Below, in pieces: positions 45,285-56,093 of a stretch of 64,000 nt of DNA. The stretch covers positions 31,632-95,631 of the forward strand of contig DOTG01000020.1 in NCBI GenBank assembly GCA_003512955.1, in the 5' to 3' direction. The stretch is from Marinilabiliales bacterium (lineage in GTDB: Bacteria > Bacteroidota > Bacteroidia > Bacteroidales > SZUA-534). How positions within the stretch are numbered: the first letter of the stretch is position 1; each line of letters opens with the position of its first letter. The position numbers were made by a program, and so were the translations under genes. The notes beneath the pieces are model-generated. The model was not told the DNA's origin. It made no database searches and saw only the letters and a list, made by a program, of their open reading frames with translations.

Positions 45285-46091
45285 TTAGGTAAGTATTTCA
45301 TCATAGAAAGCGGCACATGCATCAATATATTCCTCTTCGTTTTTATAAGGAAGCACCTTTAAGGATTTGGTTTGGATGTACTCCTCTACCTCTTTATTTA
45401 TTTGTGGGCTTCCAACAATGATACCATCTGAATGGTCAATGGCCAGTTTTGTCAGGTTGTCAAACGAGGGAAGATTCAAAATGTCCACATCTTTTTTGGT
45501 GATGCCATCGTACAAAAGCTTGTTTTTGAAGTTTTTATCCAATTCTTTGTCAAATCCGTCCTGATAGACGGAATAAACCATTTTGGCATCGGAAAACAAG
45601 GGGTTGTCTTTAAACGATTTTTTTATATATAAAGGCACCAATGCCGTAAACCATCCATGACAATGAATAATATCGGGCGACCATCTTAATTTTTGAACGG
45701 TTTCAAGCACGCCTCTGGCAAAAAAGATAGCCCTCTCGTCATTATCTTTAAAGAACGCTCCGTTTTTGTCCTGCAAAACGAACTTCCGTTGAAAATAGTC
45801 TTCGTTATCGATAAAATAAACTTGCATCCTAGCTGCCTGGATTGAGGCAACTTTAATAATCAAGGGGTGGTCGGTATCATCAATGATCAAGTTCATCCCG
45901 GAAAGCCGGATGACTTCGTGCAACTGGTTCCGGCGCTCGTTAATGCTGCCAAACCGGGGCATAAAAGTTCGAATTTCTTTTCCTCTTTCCTGGATTCCTT
46001 GGGGAAGTGCGCGGCCTATGTTTGCAATTTCACTTTCGGGTAGATAAGGGGTAATTTCCTGAGAAATAAACAATACCTTTTTCTTTTCCAT
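45285..46091 (-). CDS. Short glycogen/starch-synthase-like protein (GT5 N-terminal half only)
   Basis: KVLFISQEITPYLPES..., PDIIHCHGWFTALVPLYIK. 268 aa with no C-terminal GT-B half. Confidence 0.65.
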   Translation of the reverse strand: MEKKKVLFISQEITPYLPESEIANIGRALPQGIQERGKEIRTFMPRFGSINERRNQLHEVIRLSGMNLIIDDTDHPLIIKVASIQAARMQVYFIDNEDYFQRKFVLQDKNGAFFKDNDERAIFFARGVLETVQKLRWSPDIIHCHGWFTALVPLYIKKSFKDNPLFSDAKMVYSVYQDGFDKELDKNFKNKLLYDGITKKDVDILNLPSFDNLTKLAIDHSDGIIVGSPQINKEVEEYIQTKSLKVLPYKNEEEYIDACAAFYDEILT

Positions 46092-46269
46092 CTAACAATT
46101 TGATTATTTTAACCGGGCAAAGGTAGTAAAAATATTGCACAAACTCAACCATCTGTTCTTAACCTATGATTGTGAATGATTTATAGAACCTCTTTTTTTG
46201 TGTATTTTTTTTGAAATCAGACATTTTTAAATTTCTTTTGCACCCGATTTGGGAAGTTGTGGAGGAACT

Positions 46270-47115
46270 ATGCAAGTAATTTATAAGATACCTGAACTGG
46301 CTTTATATATCGAAAGGCTAAAAAAACAAAACCTTGAAATTGGATTTGTTCCTACTATGGGGGCTTTGCACGAGGGCCACCTGTCATTGATAGGCAACTC
46401 CAAAAAAAGGTGCCCGGTGACCTTAACCAGTATCTTTGTGAATCCTACCCAATTCAACGATCCCAACGATCTGAAAAACTATCCCCGCGACCTGGAAACC
46501 GATCTGAAAAAACTTGCTTCAGCCAGTTGTGATGCTGTTTTTGTTCCTTCCGAATCGGATATGTATCCTGAAAAAGATACCCGTGTTTTTGATTTTGATG
46601 GCATCGACACCTTGATGGAAGGAGAACACCGGCCAGGACATTTTAACGGAGTGGCACAAATTGTAAGCAAATTGTTCGATTTAGTTAATCCCGATGTTGC
46701 CTTTTTTGGACAGAAAGATTTTCAGCAAGTTGCCATTATCCGGAAAATGGTTAAAAAACTGAACTTAAACGTTCAAATAGTAGCCTGCCCCATTATCCGG
46801 GAAACCGATGGCCTGGCTATGAGTTCCCGGAATCTTTTACTCACAGAGGAACACCGGAAAATTGCCCCCTTGATACACCAAACCTTGATGCAAGCCGTGG
46901 CTAAAAGCAACGGGCTTTCGGTACCCCAGATCAAATCGTGGGTGGTTGAAACCATTAATCAATCGGGCCTGTTAAAAGTGGAATATTTTGAGGTTGTGGA
47001 CGACCAGCAACTCATCCCTTCCAAAACTTTTAAAAATGGCAAAAACAATATAGGTTGTATTGCTGTTTGGGCTGGTAACATCCGCCTGATAGATAATATC
47101 AGTTTTAATTTGTAA
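46270..47115 (+). CDS. panC: Pantoate--beta-alanine ligase
   Basis: [28 protein letters not shown]. The ATG at 46270 is preferred over the TTG at 46249. Confidence 0.9.
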   Translation: MQVIYKIPELALYIERLKKQNLEIGFVPTMGALHEGHLSLIGNSKKRCPVTLTSIFVNPTQFNDPNDLKNYPRDLETDLKKLASASCDAVFVPSESDMYPEKDTRVFDFDGIDTLMEGEHRPGHFNGVAQIVSKLFDLVNPDVAFFGQKDFQQVAIIRKMVKKLNLNVQIVACPIIRETDGLAMSSRNLLLTEEHRKIAPLIHQTLMQAVAKSNGLSVPQIKSWVVETINQSGLLKVEYFEVVDDQQLIPSKTFKNGKNNIGCIAVWAGNIRLIDNISFNL

Positions 47116-47137
47116 CTTTGTACCGAAATTTTTGGCC

Positions 47138-47488
47138 ATGAATATAGAAGTTGTAAAATCGAAGATTCATAAAGTCCGGGTTACCGAAGCCAATCTGCAA
47201 TACGTGGGAAGCATCACCATTGACGAAGATTTAATGGATGCTGCCAACATGATTGAAAATGAGAAAGTCCAGGTGGTAAACCTCAATAACGGGGAACGAC
47301 TTGAAACATATATCATTAAAGGAGAACGGGGTTCTGGTTCTATCTGCTTAAATGGCCCTGCAGCCCGTAAAGTTGAAGTTGGAGACATTGTAATTGTCAT
47401 ATCCTACGCCAGCATGGACTTTGAAGATGCAAAAAAATTCAAACCCTGGCTTATTTTTCCCGACACCGCTACCAATTCATTAATTTAG
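47138..47488 (+). CDS. panD: Aspartate 1-decarboxylase
   Basis: [23 protein letters not shown] contains the Gly-Ser self-processing site. The ATG at 47138 is preferred over the TTG at 47132. Confidence 0.9.
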   Translation: MNIEVVKSKIHKVRVTEANLQYVGSITIDEDLMDAANMIENEKVQVVNLNNGERLETYIIKGERGSGSICLNGPAARKVEVGDIVIVISYASMDFEDAKKFKPWLIFPDTATNSLI

Positions 47489-47493
47489 GTGCA

Positions 47494-47985
47494 ATGACCC
47501 CTCTTGAAAGGATTCATTCCAAAATAATTGAGCCGGAACAATTGAATCGGCTTTTTGCTATTTGGAGGTTTAAAAACCATCAAGTAGTTTTTACCAATGG
47601 CTGCTTTGACATCATTCATTTGGGGCACATTCAATATTTAGCCGCCGCAGCCCTGCTAGGCGATAAATTATTGATTGGGTTAAATTCCGATAGCTCTGTC
47701 CGGCGGTTGAAAGGAGAAACCCGTCCGATTAATCCTGAACTTGCCCGGGCTCAAATCCTGGCCTCCTTTAGTTTTGTCGATGCCGTAGTCCTTTTTTCAG
47801 AAGACACTCCTTATGAGTTGATCAAAAAGGTAAGACCCTCCATCTTGGTAAAAGGCGGTGATTACAAACCTGAAGATATTGTGGGTTACGACATAGTCAC
47901 AAGCAATGGCGGCCGTATAGAAACCATCCCCTTTGTGGAGGGTTTTTCATCCACATCAATCATTAAAAAAGGTGGTTTAACGTAA
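47494..47985 (+). CDS. D-glycero-beta-D-manno-heptose-1-phosphate adenylyltransferase-like cytidylyltransferase (RfaE domain II type)
   Basis: FTNGCFDIIHLGHIQYL (HxGH motif), LNSDSSVRRLKG, ILVKGGDY. Confidence 0.75.
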   Translation: MTPLERIHSKIIEPEQLNRLFAIWRFKNHQVVFTNGCFDIIHLGHIQYLAAAALLGDKLLIGLNSDSSVRRLKGETRPINPELARAQILASFSFVDAVVLFSEDTPYELIKKVRPSILVKGGDYKPEDIVGYDIVTSNGGRIETIPFVEGFSSTSIIKKGGLT

Positions 47986-48057
47986 TTTTTTTTGCGAACA
48001 CCGATTAATTATTAAATTTGTCTGTAATCATTTGAATCAAACGCTTTTATTAATAAG

Positions 48058-48471
48058 ATGAAACGCAATCTAATCATAGCCTCAGCCATCATAACCCTGG
48101 CAGTTGTTGCCGGATGCCGTGGTAGCCAACAAAACAAACTTATCGGGATTTGGGAAAAAATCCCCTTTTCAGAGCCCACCAGTCAATCTACCTATTGGCA
48201 ATTCTTTGCCGGTGAAGCACTTTGGGTATTTGATTTGGACACCACCATTTCAGCTACCGATACACTCAATTTAATAAAATACACCTATTCCATCGATGGG
48301 AATATTTTTGAGATTTTTGGAGAAGGTGATTATGGAACCGCTGCAGGAGATCCCCGAGGGGAATATTGGGTAGATGAGCTCAACAACGATTATTTTAAAG
48401 TAACCAAACGGAAACATCCCGATGGTACCACAGATGCTGCCTATTTACGTATTGAGTTAGCAAAACGCTAA
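48058..48471 (+). CDS. Hypothetical lipoprotein
   Basis: Signal peptide with lipobox LAVVAGC. No recognisable domain. Confidence 0.6.
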   Translation: MKRNLIIASAIITLAVVAGCRGSQQNKLIGIWEKIPFSEPTSQSTYWQFFAGEALWVFDLDTTISATDTLNLIKYTYSIDGNIFEIFGEGDYGTAAGDPRGEYWVDELNNDYFKVTKRKHPDGTTDAAYLRIELAKR

Positions 48472-48474
48472 ACC

Positions 48475-49830
48475 ATGGCCAAAGCCAAAACCGTTTATGT
48501 TTGCCAAAGCTGCGGGGCAAACTCCCCCAAATGGATTGGCCGTTGCCCAAGCTGTAATGAATGGAATACCTATTCGGAAGAGGTAATTATCGCATCTGCA
48601 AAAAGTCCTGCATTAACCAGTAATTACGCCACGGGAAATACCCCTATTCTTTTAAACGATATCAAAGAACATGGCCAAAAAAGGATTCCTACCACTTGTC
48701 GGGAATTTGATCGGGTACTGGGTGGCGGGCTGGTGCCCGGTTCGGTAATACTGATTGGGGGTGAACCCGGAATCGGAAAATCAACGTTGCTGCTTCAGAT
48801 TGCCCAAAACTTCCAAGGGAAAATCCTTTATGTGTCGGGCGAAGAAAGTGCCGAACAAATCAAAATGCGGGCCAACCGCCTGGGCTATACTCAAAACAAT
48901 GTCTATTTTTTAGCGGAGATTTTAACCGAAGCAATCCTAATCCAATCCAAACAACTACTTCCTGATCTGATTATCATTGATTCTATCCAGACCCTGCGGA
49001 CTGAATTTCTTGATTCATCGCCAGGAACTGTAACCCAAATCCGTGAGAGTGCCACCCAACTGTTGCATTTTGCCAAAGAAAACCAGATACCTGTGGTTTT
49101 GGTAGGCCATATTACAAAAGACGGCTCATTGGCTGGGCCTAAAATATTGGAACACGTGGTGGACACCGTGTTGCAGTTCGAGGGTGATAACCATTTTATG
49201 TACCGCATCCTCCGTTCAAGCAAAAACAGGTTTGGCTCTACCTCTGAGATTGGAATTTTTGAAATGATACAATCCGGTCTGAGAGAGGTGGCCAATCCCT
49301 CAGAGTTTTTATTATCGGAACACCACGAAAATTATAGCGGCATTTCGACTTGTGCTACCATCGAAGGAGTCCGCCCATTTTTGATTGAGGTGCAAGCTCT
49401 GGTAAGCTCGGCGGTTTATGGTACACCCCAGCGTACTTCCACCGGCTTCGATACCAAAAGGTTGAACCTGTTGCTCGCTGTGCTAGAAAAAAGAATCGGA
49501 TTCCGGTTATCCTCCAAGGATGTTTTTTTAAATATTGCCGGTGGCCTCAAAGTGGCTGATACTGCCATTGATCTGGCGGTCATCTGTGCCATCCTGTCTT
49601 CTGATGTCGACCGTCCAATCCCCAAAGGGACATGCTTTGCCGGGGAAGTGGGTCTATCGGGCGAGATACGACCCACCGGGCGTTTGGAACAACGCATTGC
49701 CGAAGCTTCAAAATTGGGTTACAAACGGATTTTTGTGCCCCAACAAAAAAACAGCACTTCAAAAACCTTCGGTATTGAGGTTGTTGGAGTGCAGAAGGTG
49801 GAACAGGTTTTTGCTAAATTGTTTAATTAA
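48475..49830 (+). CDS. radA: DNA repair protein RadA/Sms
   Basis: Zinc finger CQSCGANSPKWIGRCPSCNEW, Walker A GGEPGIGKST, KNRFG motif, Lon-like C-terminus. Confidence 0.95.
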   Translation: MAKAKTVYVCQSCGANSPKWIGRCPSCNEWNTYSEEVIIASAKSPALTSNYATGNTPILLNDIKEHGQKRIPTTCREFDRVLGGGLVPGSVILIGGEPGIGKSTLLLQIAQNFQGKILYVSGEESAEQIKMRANRLGYTQNNVYFLAEILTEAILIQSKQLLPDLIIIDSIQTLRTEFLDSSPGTVTQIRESATQLLHFAKENQIPVVLVGHITKDGSLAGPKILEHVVDTVLQFEGDNHFMYRILRSSKNRFGSTSEIGIFEMIQSGLREVANPSEFLLSEHHENYSGISTCATIEGVRPFLIEVQALVSSAVYGTPQRTSTGFDTKRLNLLLAVLEKRIGFRLSSKDVFLNIAGGLKVADTAIDLAVICAILSSDVDRPIPKGTCFAGEVGLSGEIRPTGRLEQRIAEASKLGYKRIFVPQQKNSTSKTFGIEVVGVQKVEQVFAKLFN

Positions 49831-49906
49831 CAGGGGAAGAAAGTCCTTAACTCCTTGTCTGTACCAATTGAAAAAAGTATTCAACCTTACTCTTTAGTTC
49901 AAAAAG

Positions 49907-52312
49907 CTAAAAATCTACTTCCTCAGGAATTTCCTCATTGCTTTCCCCCGATTCGTCTTCACCTAGAATGTCAACACATTCAGGTGTTTCCACATAATCT
50001 GCGGGTTTTTCAAAAGTATCTTCCCGGGTAATTCCTAAGGTACCATCGTTATAAACTTTATTCATAAAGATGGCCCAAACAGGTAACGCCATGTTGGCAC
50101 CTTGCCCCAAGCTTAATCCATCAAAATGGGTAGCCCGGTCCTCGGCTCCTGTCCAAACCCCTGAAACCAGGTTAGGGGTAATACCAATAAACCAACCGTC
50201 GGATTGGTTCTGGGTAGTCCCGGTTTTGGCTGCCACCTCAGAATAAATTTGATAGGTGTCGTTCCGTAACCGAACCGCCGTTCCTTTATTAGCTACACCC
50301 TTTAGCATATCTATCATTAAATAAGCTGTTTTCTCGTTGATGGCTTCATTTTTCCTGGGGGTAAACGTGGCCAAAAGGTTCCCATTTTTATCTTCTATCC
50401 GGGTAACAAAAACGGGCTGCGTGTAAACCCCTTTATTGGCAAAAGAACTGTATGCCCCCACCATTTCATAAAGCGATAAATCGGCAACTCCCAAACAGAT
50501 GGAAAGCACTTCGGGAATTTCACTCTTAACACCCATATTGCGGGCAATATCAATCACGGCTTTTGGCCCAAATTGGCCCATCAACCAGGCAGTAATATTA
50601 TTCAATGATTGGCGTAACCCAAACCTCAGGGAAACCATTTTACGCTCGTATTTTTCATTTCCTCCTCCTTTGGGAGTCCATGGTTCACCAGTAGAAGGAT
50701 CGGTTAAGGTAATGGGGACATTCGGAACCTGATAACAGGGCGAATACCCATCGCGCATGGCCAATGTGTATAGGAAGGGTTTAAAGGTAGAGCCAATCTG
50801 ACGTTTGGCCTGCACTACGTGATCGTATTGAAAATGCTTGTAATCAATGCCCCCCACGTAGGCTTTTACAAAACCCGAACGGGGATCCATGGCCATAAAA
50901 CCGGCCAGCAAAAAGTGTTTGTAATACTTAATGGAGTCCATCGGTGTCATTACAGTATCTATTTCTCCCCTCCAACTGAAAACCGTCATTTCGGTACGTG
51001 TTTTGAAATTCTTAATGATGGAATCCATCGGGATTTTTTGATTCTTTAACACCCGGTACCGTTCGCTCCGTTTCATTCCAAGGGTCATCAGGTTGTTCAC
51101 CTCTTCCTGAGTCAATGTTTCAGAAAATGGTGCTGTTTTTTGATATTTCTTTTCGTAATCAAAGGCTACCTGCAGATCATATCTTAAATGTTCACTAACC
51201 GCCTCCTCGGCATAATCCTGCATCTTACTGTTTACTGTGGTATAAATCCGAAGGCCATCTTTATAGATACTGTAGGGTTCACCATCTAGTTTAAAGTTTT
51301 TATTGCACCATCCATACAATGGGTTGGTTTCCCATTCAACGGAGTCTTCGATATACGTGGCCGGATTATAATAATTATCCTTTTCAGGTTTAGAGGCATT
51401 CATGGTCATCCTCAAATATTCCCTGAAATAGGTGGCTTTTCCCATGGTGTGGTCTATCCTTTGAAACCGGGTCTCCAATGGGATTTGTTTGAGCGAATCG
51501 TATTCCTGTTTCGTGATTTTATTGTTTTTCAGCATCTGCAAAAACACAATATTCCTTCGTTGCAAAGCTTGTTCAGGGCGGCGGACGGGGTTAAACAACG
51601 AAGGGTTTTTGGCCATGCCCACCAACATGGCGGCTTGCTCTATTTTCAATTCATTGGGACCGCAGCTAAAATAAACCATCGAAGCGTTTTTAATACCCAC
51701 CGCCTGGTACAAAAAGTCGAATTGGTTAAAATACATGGCAATAATTTCCTCTTTAGTGTAGCTGCGTTCAAGCTTGATGGCGATAACCCATTCCCTGAAT
51801 TTCCTGTTTACCTTTTGAATCGGATTGGAAAACTCCTCGCGCGGGAAAAGCATTTTTGCCAATTGCTGTGAAATGGTGCTCCCGCCCCCGGAACTCTCGT
51901 TGCCAAGCAATACCGTTCTTACAAATACGCGGATAAGGCCCCTGAAATCAACCCCGGAATGACTCAAAAACCGCTCATCCTCGGTAGCTATTAAAGCATC
52001 AACCAAGTAGGGCGATATGTCAGAATATTCAATTCTTGACCGGTTCTCCTTTTCTTTAAAAAAAGTACCCAATAAGATCCCGTCTTCGCTATAAACTTCC
52101 GATGCCAAATTGCTTTTGGGGTTTTCAAGTTCCTCAAAGGAGGGCATAAACCCTAAATTCCCTTTGGAAATGTGAAAGAAAAGCATGAAAAGCATGACCA
52201 ATGGGAAAATGATAATCGACCAAGCCAATACTTGTTTCTTAAAATAGGTGGTTGTTGTTTTTGCCATAATCGCTGATTTGTCAAAATTTGATGCCATAAA
52301 AGTAGTAATCAT
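49907..52312 (-). CDS. Penicillin-binding protein 1A (bifunctional transglycosylase/transpeptidase)
   Basis: GT51 motifs ATEDERFLSHSGVD and GGSTISQQLAK. Transpeptidase motifs GSTFKP (SxxK) and AKTGTT (KTG). Alternative ATGs at 52297 and 52267 are possible. Confidence 0.9.
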   Translation of the reverse strand: MITTFMASNFDKSAIMAKTTTTYFKKQVLAWSIIIFPLVMLFMLFFHISKGNLGFMPSFEELENPKSNLASEVYSEDGILLGTFFKEKENRSRIEYSDISPYLVDALIATEDERFLSHSGVDFRGLIRVFVRTVLLGNESSGGGSTISQQLAKMLFPREEFSNPIQKVNRKFREWVIAIKLERSYTKEEIIAMYFNQFDFLYQAVGIKNASMVYFSCGPNELKIEQAAMLVGMAKNPSLFNPVRRPEQALQRRNIVFLQMLKNNKITKQEYDSLKQIPLETRFQRIDHTMGKATYFREYLRMTMNASKPEKDNYYNPATYIEDSVEWETNPLYGWCNKNFKLDGEPYSIYKDGLRIYTTVNSKMQDYAEEAVSEHLRYDLQVAFDYEKKYQKTAPFSETLTQEEVNNLMTLGMKRSERYRVLKNQKIPMDSIIKNFKTRTEMTVFSWRGEIDTVMTPMDSIKYYKHFLLAGFMAMDPRSGFVKAYVGGIDYKHFQYDHVVQAKRQIGSTFKPFLYTLAMRDGYSPCYQVPNVPITLTDPSTGEPWTPKGGGNEKYERKMVSLRFGLRQSLNNITAWLMGQFGPKAVIDIARNMGVKSEIPEVLSICLGVADLSLYEMVGAYSSFANKGVYTQPVFVTRIEDKNGNLLATFTPRKNEAINEKTAYLMIDMLKGVANKGTAVRLRNDTYQIYSEVAAKTGTTQNQSDGWFIGITPNLVSGVWTGAEDRATHFDGLSLGQGANMALPVWAIFMNKVYNDGTLGITREDTFEKPADYVETPECVDILGEDESGESNEEIPEEVDF

Positions 52313-52435
52313 CGAGAAAAAAAAGTTTTTAAGGGTAAAAAAAATGAAACAACCCGTGTTTTACTACCTTTTATCCCTCTTTTTACTTTAAATAAATGGC
52401 TTTCGGGAACATCTATTTATATGGTGAATGGCAAA

Positions 52436-52443
52436 TAATTTTG
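52436..52443 (+). promoter_or_regulatory. Candidate -7 box TAATTTTG for topA
   Basis: Exact TAnnTTTG match 60 nt upstream of the topA ATG (52503). Confidence 0.35.
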
Positions 52444-52502
52444 AACATCTTGTGTTATTTGATTTAATTTGCGAAAATTTTGAGGTTTAATTCATTGAAA
52501 AT

Positions 52503-54821
52503 ATGGTGGAAAATTTAGTCATCGTGGAATCTCCGGCCAAAGCCAAAACCATTGAAAAGTTTTTAGGCAAAGGGTACTTGGTCACTTCGAGCTTTGGACA
52601 TATCAGGGATTTATCAAAAAAAGATTTTGGTATTGATATCGCCAACAATTATACTCCCAATTACGAAATATCGCCCGACAAAAAGAAAGTAGTGACCGAA
52701 CTTAAAAAGATTGCCAAAGAAGCCCAGATGGTTTGGTTAGCATCCGATGAGGACCGCGAGGGAGAAGCCATTGCCTGGCATTTGTCCGAGGTGTTGCAAT
52801 TGGATTTAAAAAAGACCAAACGGATTGTTTTTCACGAAATTACTAAAGAAGCCATCCTTCACGCGATTGAAACCCCGCGGCAAATTGATTACAACCTGGT
52901 AAATGCCCAGCAAGCACGCAGGGTCCTTGACCGCCTGGTGGGTTTTGAATTATCTCCCGTGTTATGGAAAAAGGTGAAACCATCCCTTTCGGCCGGTAGG
53001 GTACAATCGGTAGCCGTAAGGTTGTTGGTAGAACGCGAGCGCGAAATCATGAACTTTGTCCCTCAATCGGCCTTCCGGGTTTTGTCCCAGTTTAATAAAG
53101 CCGATACCAATCCGGTGGATCTTAAAGCCGAATTGAACACCCGCTTTGTAACTGCCAATGAAGCCGAATCGTTTTTGAATCATTGTAAACAGGCTGCTTT
53201 TACCGTTAGCGATATTTCGAAAAAGCCAACCAAACGGACACCGGCTCCTCCTTTTACCACTTCAACCTTACAGCAAGAGGCCAGCCGTAAATTCGGATTC
53301 TCAGTTTCGCAAACCATGACTTTGGCCCAGCATCTATACGAAGCTGGAAAAATTACCTATATGAGGACCGATTCGGTAAACCTGTCGGATGCTGCCATTG
53401 AATCGGCTGCTACAGAAATTACCAGTGAATTTGGCGAAAAATACCTGAAAACCCGCCGCTACAAAACCAAGAGCAAAGGTGCGCAAGAGGCTCACGAAGC
53501 AATTCGCCCCACCTACATGAATAAATCAACCATTCCCGGAAATGCCAACGAGAAAAAGCTTTATGAGCTCATTTGGAAGCGTACGTTAGCATCTCAAATG
53601 AGTGATGCCGAACTTGAGAAAACCACCATCACCATTGACATTGAGAACAGCAAACACAAATTCCTGGCTCAAGGCGAGATGATTAAATTTGATGGTTTTC
53701 TAAAGGTCTATATCGAATCAACAGACGATGAAGAAGAAGATGGCGGAAAAAGTCTATTACCTATTATTAATGCAGGCCAAAAACTGGGTTACCAATCCAT
53801 ATCGGCCACACAAAAATTCACGTTAAACCCTCCACGTTATACAGAGGCCAGCTTGGTCCGTAAATTGGAAGAACTCGGGATTGGCCGTCCTTCCACCTAT
53901 GCCCCAACCATTTCGACCATACAAAACCGGGGATATGTGATTAAGGAAGACCGTGCCGGTAAAGAACGAGGTTACCTTCAATTTACTTTAAAGGATAATA
54001 AAATAACCAAAGCCGACAAAACCGAAGTCTTTGGAACCGAGAAAAGCAAATTGTTCCCCACCGACATTGGCATGGTAGTTAACGATTATCTGTTAGAGCA
54101 TTTCCCAAACATCCTTGATTTTAACTTTACAGCCGATGTTGAAAAGCAATTCGACGACATTGCCGAAGGTGACATGGTTTGGCATAAAATGATTGATGAG
54201 TTTTACCACCCTTTCCACAACCGTATTGAAGGTGCTTTGGAGATTGTTGGCCGGAAAAGCGGGGAACGGAACATTGGCAATGATCCGAAAACCGGTAAGC
54301 CGGTAATCGTGAAAATTGGCCGTTACGGCCCCATGGCTCAAATTGGCGATAACGAAGATGACGAAAAACCACAATATGCGGCCCTACGAAGGGATCAGCA
54401 CATAGAAACCATCACCCTTGAAGAAGCTTTAGAACTATTCAAACTGCCCCGCGATTTGGGACTGTTCGAAACTAAAAAAGTTGTGGCTGCCATTGGCCGG
54501 TTTGGCCCTTATGTCAGGCATGACAATAAATTTTACTCCCTGAAGAAGGGGATTGACGATCCTTACACCGTGGAACTCGATCGGGCCATTGAACTGATCC
54601 AGGAAAAACGGGTGTCGGACGAAAATAAAAACATTGCCGTGTTCCAGGGAACTGACGGCGACATCCAGATTTTAAATGGCCGCTTTGGGCCTTACATTGT
54701 ATATAACAAACAAAATTATCGCATCCCGAAAGGAAAAGAAGTCAAAGAATTGACACTTGATGATTGTCTGGAAATTATTAAAAACAGTCCTGAAAAACCA
54801 CCCCGGAAAAAAGGTAAATAA
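52503..54821 (+). CDS. topA: DNA topoisomerase I
   Basis: Toprim LVIVESPAKAKTIEKFLG and DEDREGE. Active-site Tyr region KITYMRTDS. Confidence 0.95.
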   Translation: MVENLVIVESPAKAKTIEKFLGKGYLVTSSFGHIRDLSKKDFGIDIANNYTPNYEISPDKKKVVTELKKIAKEAQMVWLASDEDREGEAIAWHLSEVLQLDLKKTKRIVFHEITKEAILHAIETPRQIDYNLVNAQQARRVLDRLVGFELSPVLWKKVKPSLSAGRVQSVAVRLLVEREREIMNFVPQSAFRVLSQFNKADTNPVDLKAELNTRFVTANEAESFLNHCKQAAFTVSDISKKPTKRTPAPPFTTSTLQQEASRKFGFSVSQTMTLAQHLYEAGKITYMRTDSVNLSDAAIESAATEITSEFGEKYLKTRRYKTKSKGAQEAHEAIRPTYMNKSTIPGNANEKKLYELIWKRTLASQMSDAELEKTTITIDIENSKHKFLAQGEMIKFDGFLKVYIESTDDEEEDGGKSLLPIINAGQKLGYQSISATQKFTLNPPRYTEASLVRKLEELGIGRPSTYAPTISTIQNRGYVIKEDRAGKERGYLQFTLKDNKITKADKTEVFGTEKSKLFPTDIGMVVNDYLLEHFPNILDFNFTADVEKQFDDIAEGDMVWHKMIDEFYHPFHNRIEGALEIVGRKSGERNIGNDPKTGKPVIVKIGRYGPMAQIGDNEDDEKPQYAALRRDQHIETITLEEALELFKLPRDLGLFETKKVVAAIGRFGPYVRHDNKFYSLKKGIDDPYTVELDRAIELIQEKRVSDENKNIAVFQGTDGDIQILNGRFGPYIVYNKQNYRIPKGKEVKELTLDDCLEIIKNSPEKPPRKKGK

Positions 54822-54824
54822 AAT

Positions 54825-55961
54825 ATGGAAGAGTTAAAAGGTTATTTTGATTCCATCAATGCCGATTCATTCAATAGAAACCTCTGTAACGAAGGTTTTA
54901 TTGGAAAATCCCTGGAGTTGGATTGGGAATTGCAAAAAAGCCCGAAACCTACTGTAGCAATTATTGGACTCACCGAAACCCGAAATGCCTTCCCTCAAAA
55001 ATACTCCGTGAACCTAGATGCGGTAAGGAGTTATTTGTATCAACTGGCTGGGTTCAATAAGTTAATGATGGTAGATATGGGAAACCTGAAAATGGGCGAA
55101 ACCATCAAAGATACCTATGCTTCACTTTCATTTGTTACCAATTATTTACTTAACCAGCAAATTATACCTATATACATAGGTGGAACTCAAGACAACACCC
55201 TACCCATTTTCCAAGGGATTGAACAGGCTCTTGGGGAGGCTGAATTAACCCTCATCGATTCAAGGATTGACCATGTGGAGGATGATTTCCACGCGGCTTC
55301 CTACCTCGGCTCCCTTTTAAAACTGGGCAAAAAGTCGATCCTCTCCTCAGTTATCGGGTACCAGAGTTATTTTGTTTCCAATCAACAATTACGGTTTTTG
55401 GCCGATCAGTTGGTTGAAACGGTTCGTTTAGGAGCTGTCCGCAGCAACATGAACCAGATTGAACCTGTTTTCAGAGATGCCGATATGGTTTCGTTTGATG
55501 TGTCAGCCATCCGGCAGCCCGATTGCCCTGCAACTTCGTTCCCTGGCCCGAATGGGTTTTACAACGAAGAAGCCTGTCAATTAGCCTATCTGGCAGGATT
55601 GAGCGATAAAATGAAAGTTTTTGCATTGTTCGAATACCAATCGGAAAAAGATGGAAGCGGACAATCTGCACACACTATCGCTCAATTGATTTGGCATTTT
55701 ATTTCAGGAATCACCCATCGGAAAGGCGATTTCCCGGTAAAAGATACCTCATCGTACAAAAAAATATTTGTGAAATTTGACCGTATCGATACCGATTTGG
55801 TATTTTATCAAAACAGTTCCAACCACCGTTTTTGGGTAGAAATCCCTGTGGGAAAAACCGATGAAAAGCGCATTATTGCTTGCTCCGAGCGTGATTATTT
55901 AGATATATGCAACAACGAAATCCCAGAACGGATTTGGATAAATATCCAACGATACCTGTAA
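54825..55961 (+). CDS. Arginase/formiminoglutamase-fold protein, probably with degenerate metal site
   Basis: The scaffold resembles the ureohydrolase family (IYIGGTQDNT, LIDSRIDHVED, VSFDVSAIRQPDCPATSFPGPNGF). The canonical GGDHS / DAHxD / SxDxDxxDP ligands appear substituted. It starts 3 nt after the topA stop. Confidence 0.65.
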   Translation: MEELKGYFDSINADSFNRNLCNEGFIGKSLELDWELQKSPKPTVAIIGLTETRNAFPQKYSVNLDAVRSYLYQLAGFNKLMMVDMGNLKMGETIKDTYASLSFVTNYLLNQQIIPIYIGGTQDNTLPIFQGIEQALGEAELTLIDSRIDHVEDDFHAASYLGSLLKLGKKSILSSVIGYQSYFVSNQQLRFLADQLVETVRLGAVRSNMNQIEPVFRDADMVSFDVSAIRQPDCPATSFPGPNGFYNEEACQLAYLAGLSDKMKVFALFEYQSEKDGSGQSAHTIAQLIWHFISGITHRKGDFPVKDTSSYKKIFVKFDRIDTDLVFYQNSSNHRFWVEIPVGKTDEKRIIACSERDYLDICNNEIPERIWINIQRYL

Positions 55962-56093
55962 AATATTAAACAATATATAATACCTTTATGCGTTGATCGT
56001 TTATAAAAGAGGTTTTATTTCATTTGTTTGGCGACTATATTTTTATTTATTTTACCAACAAAACCCCATTATAAAGTAATGGTTTGTATTCAG

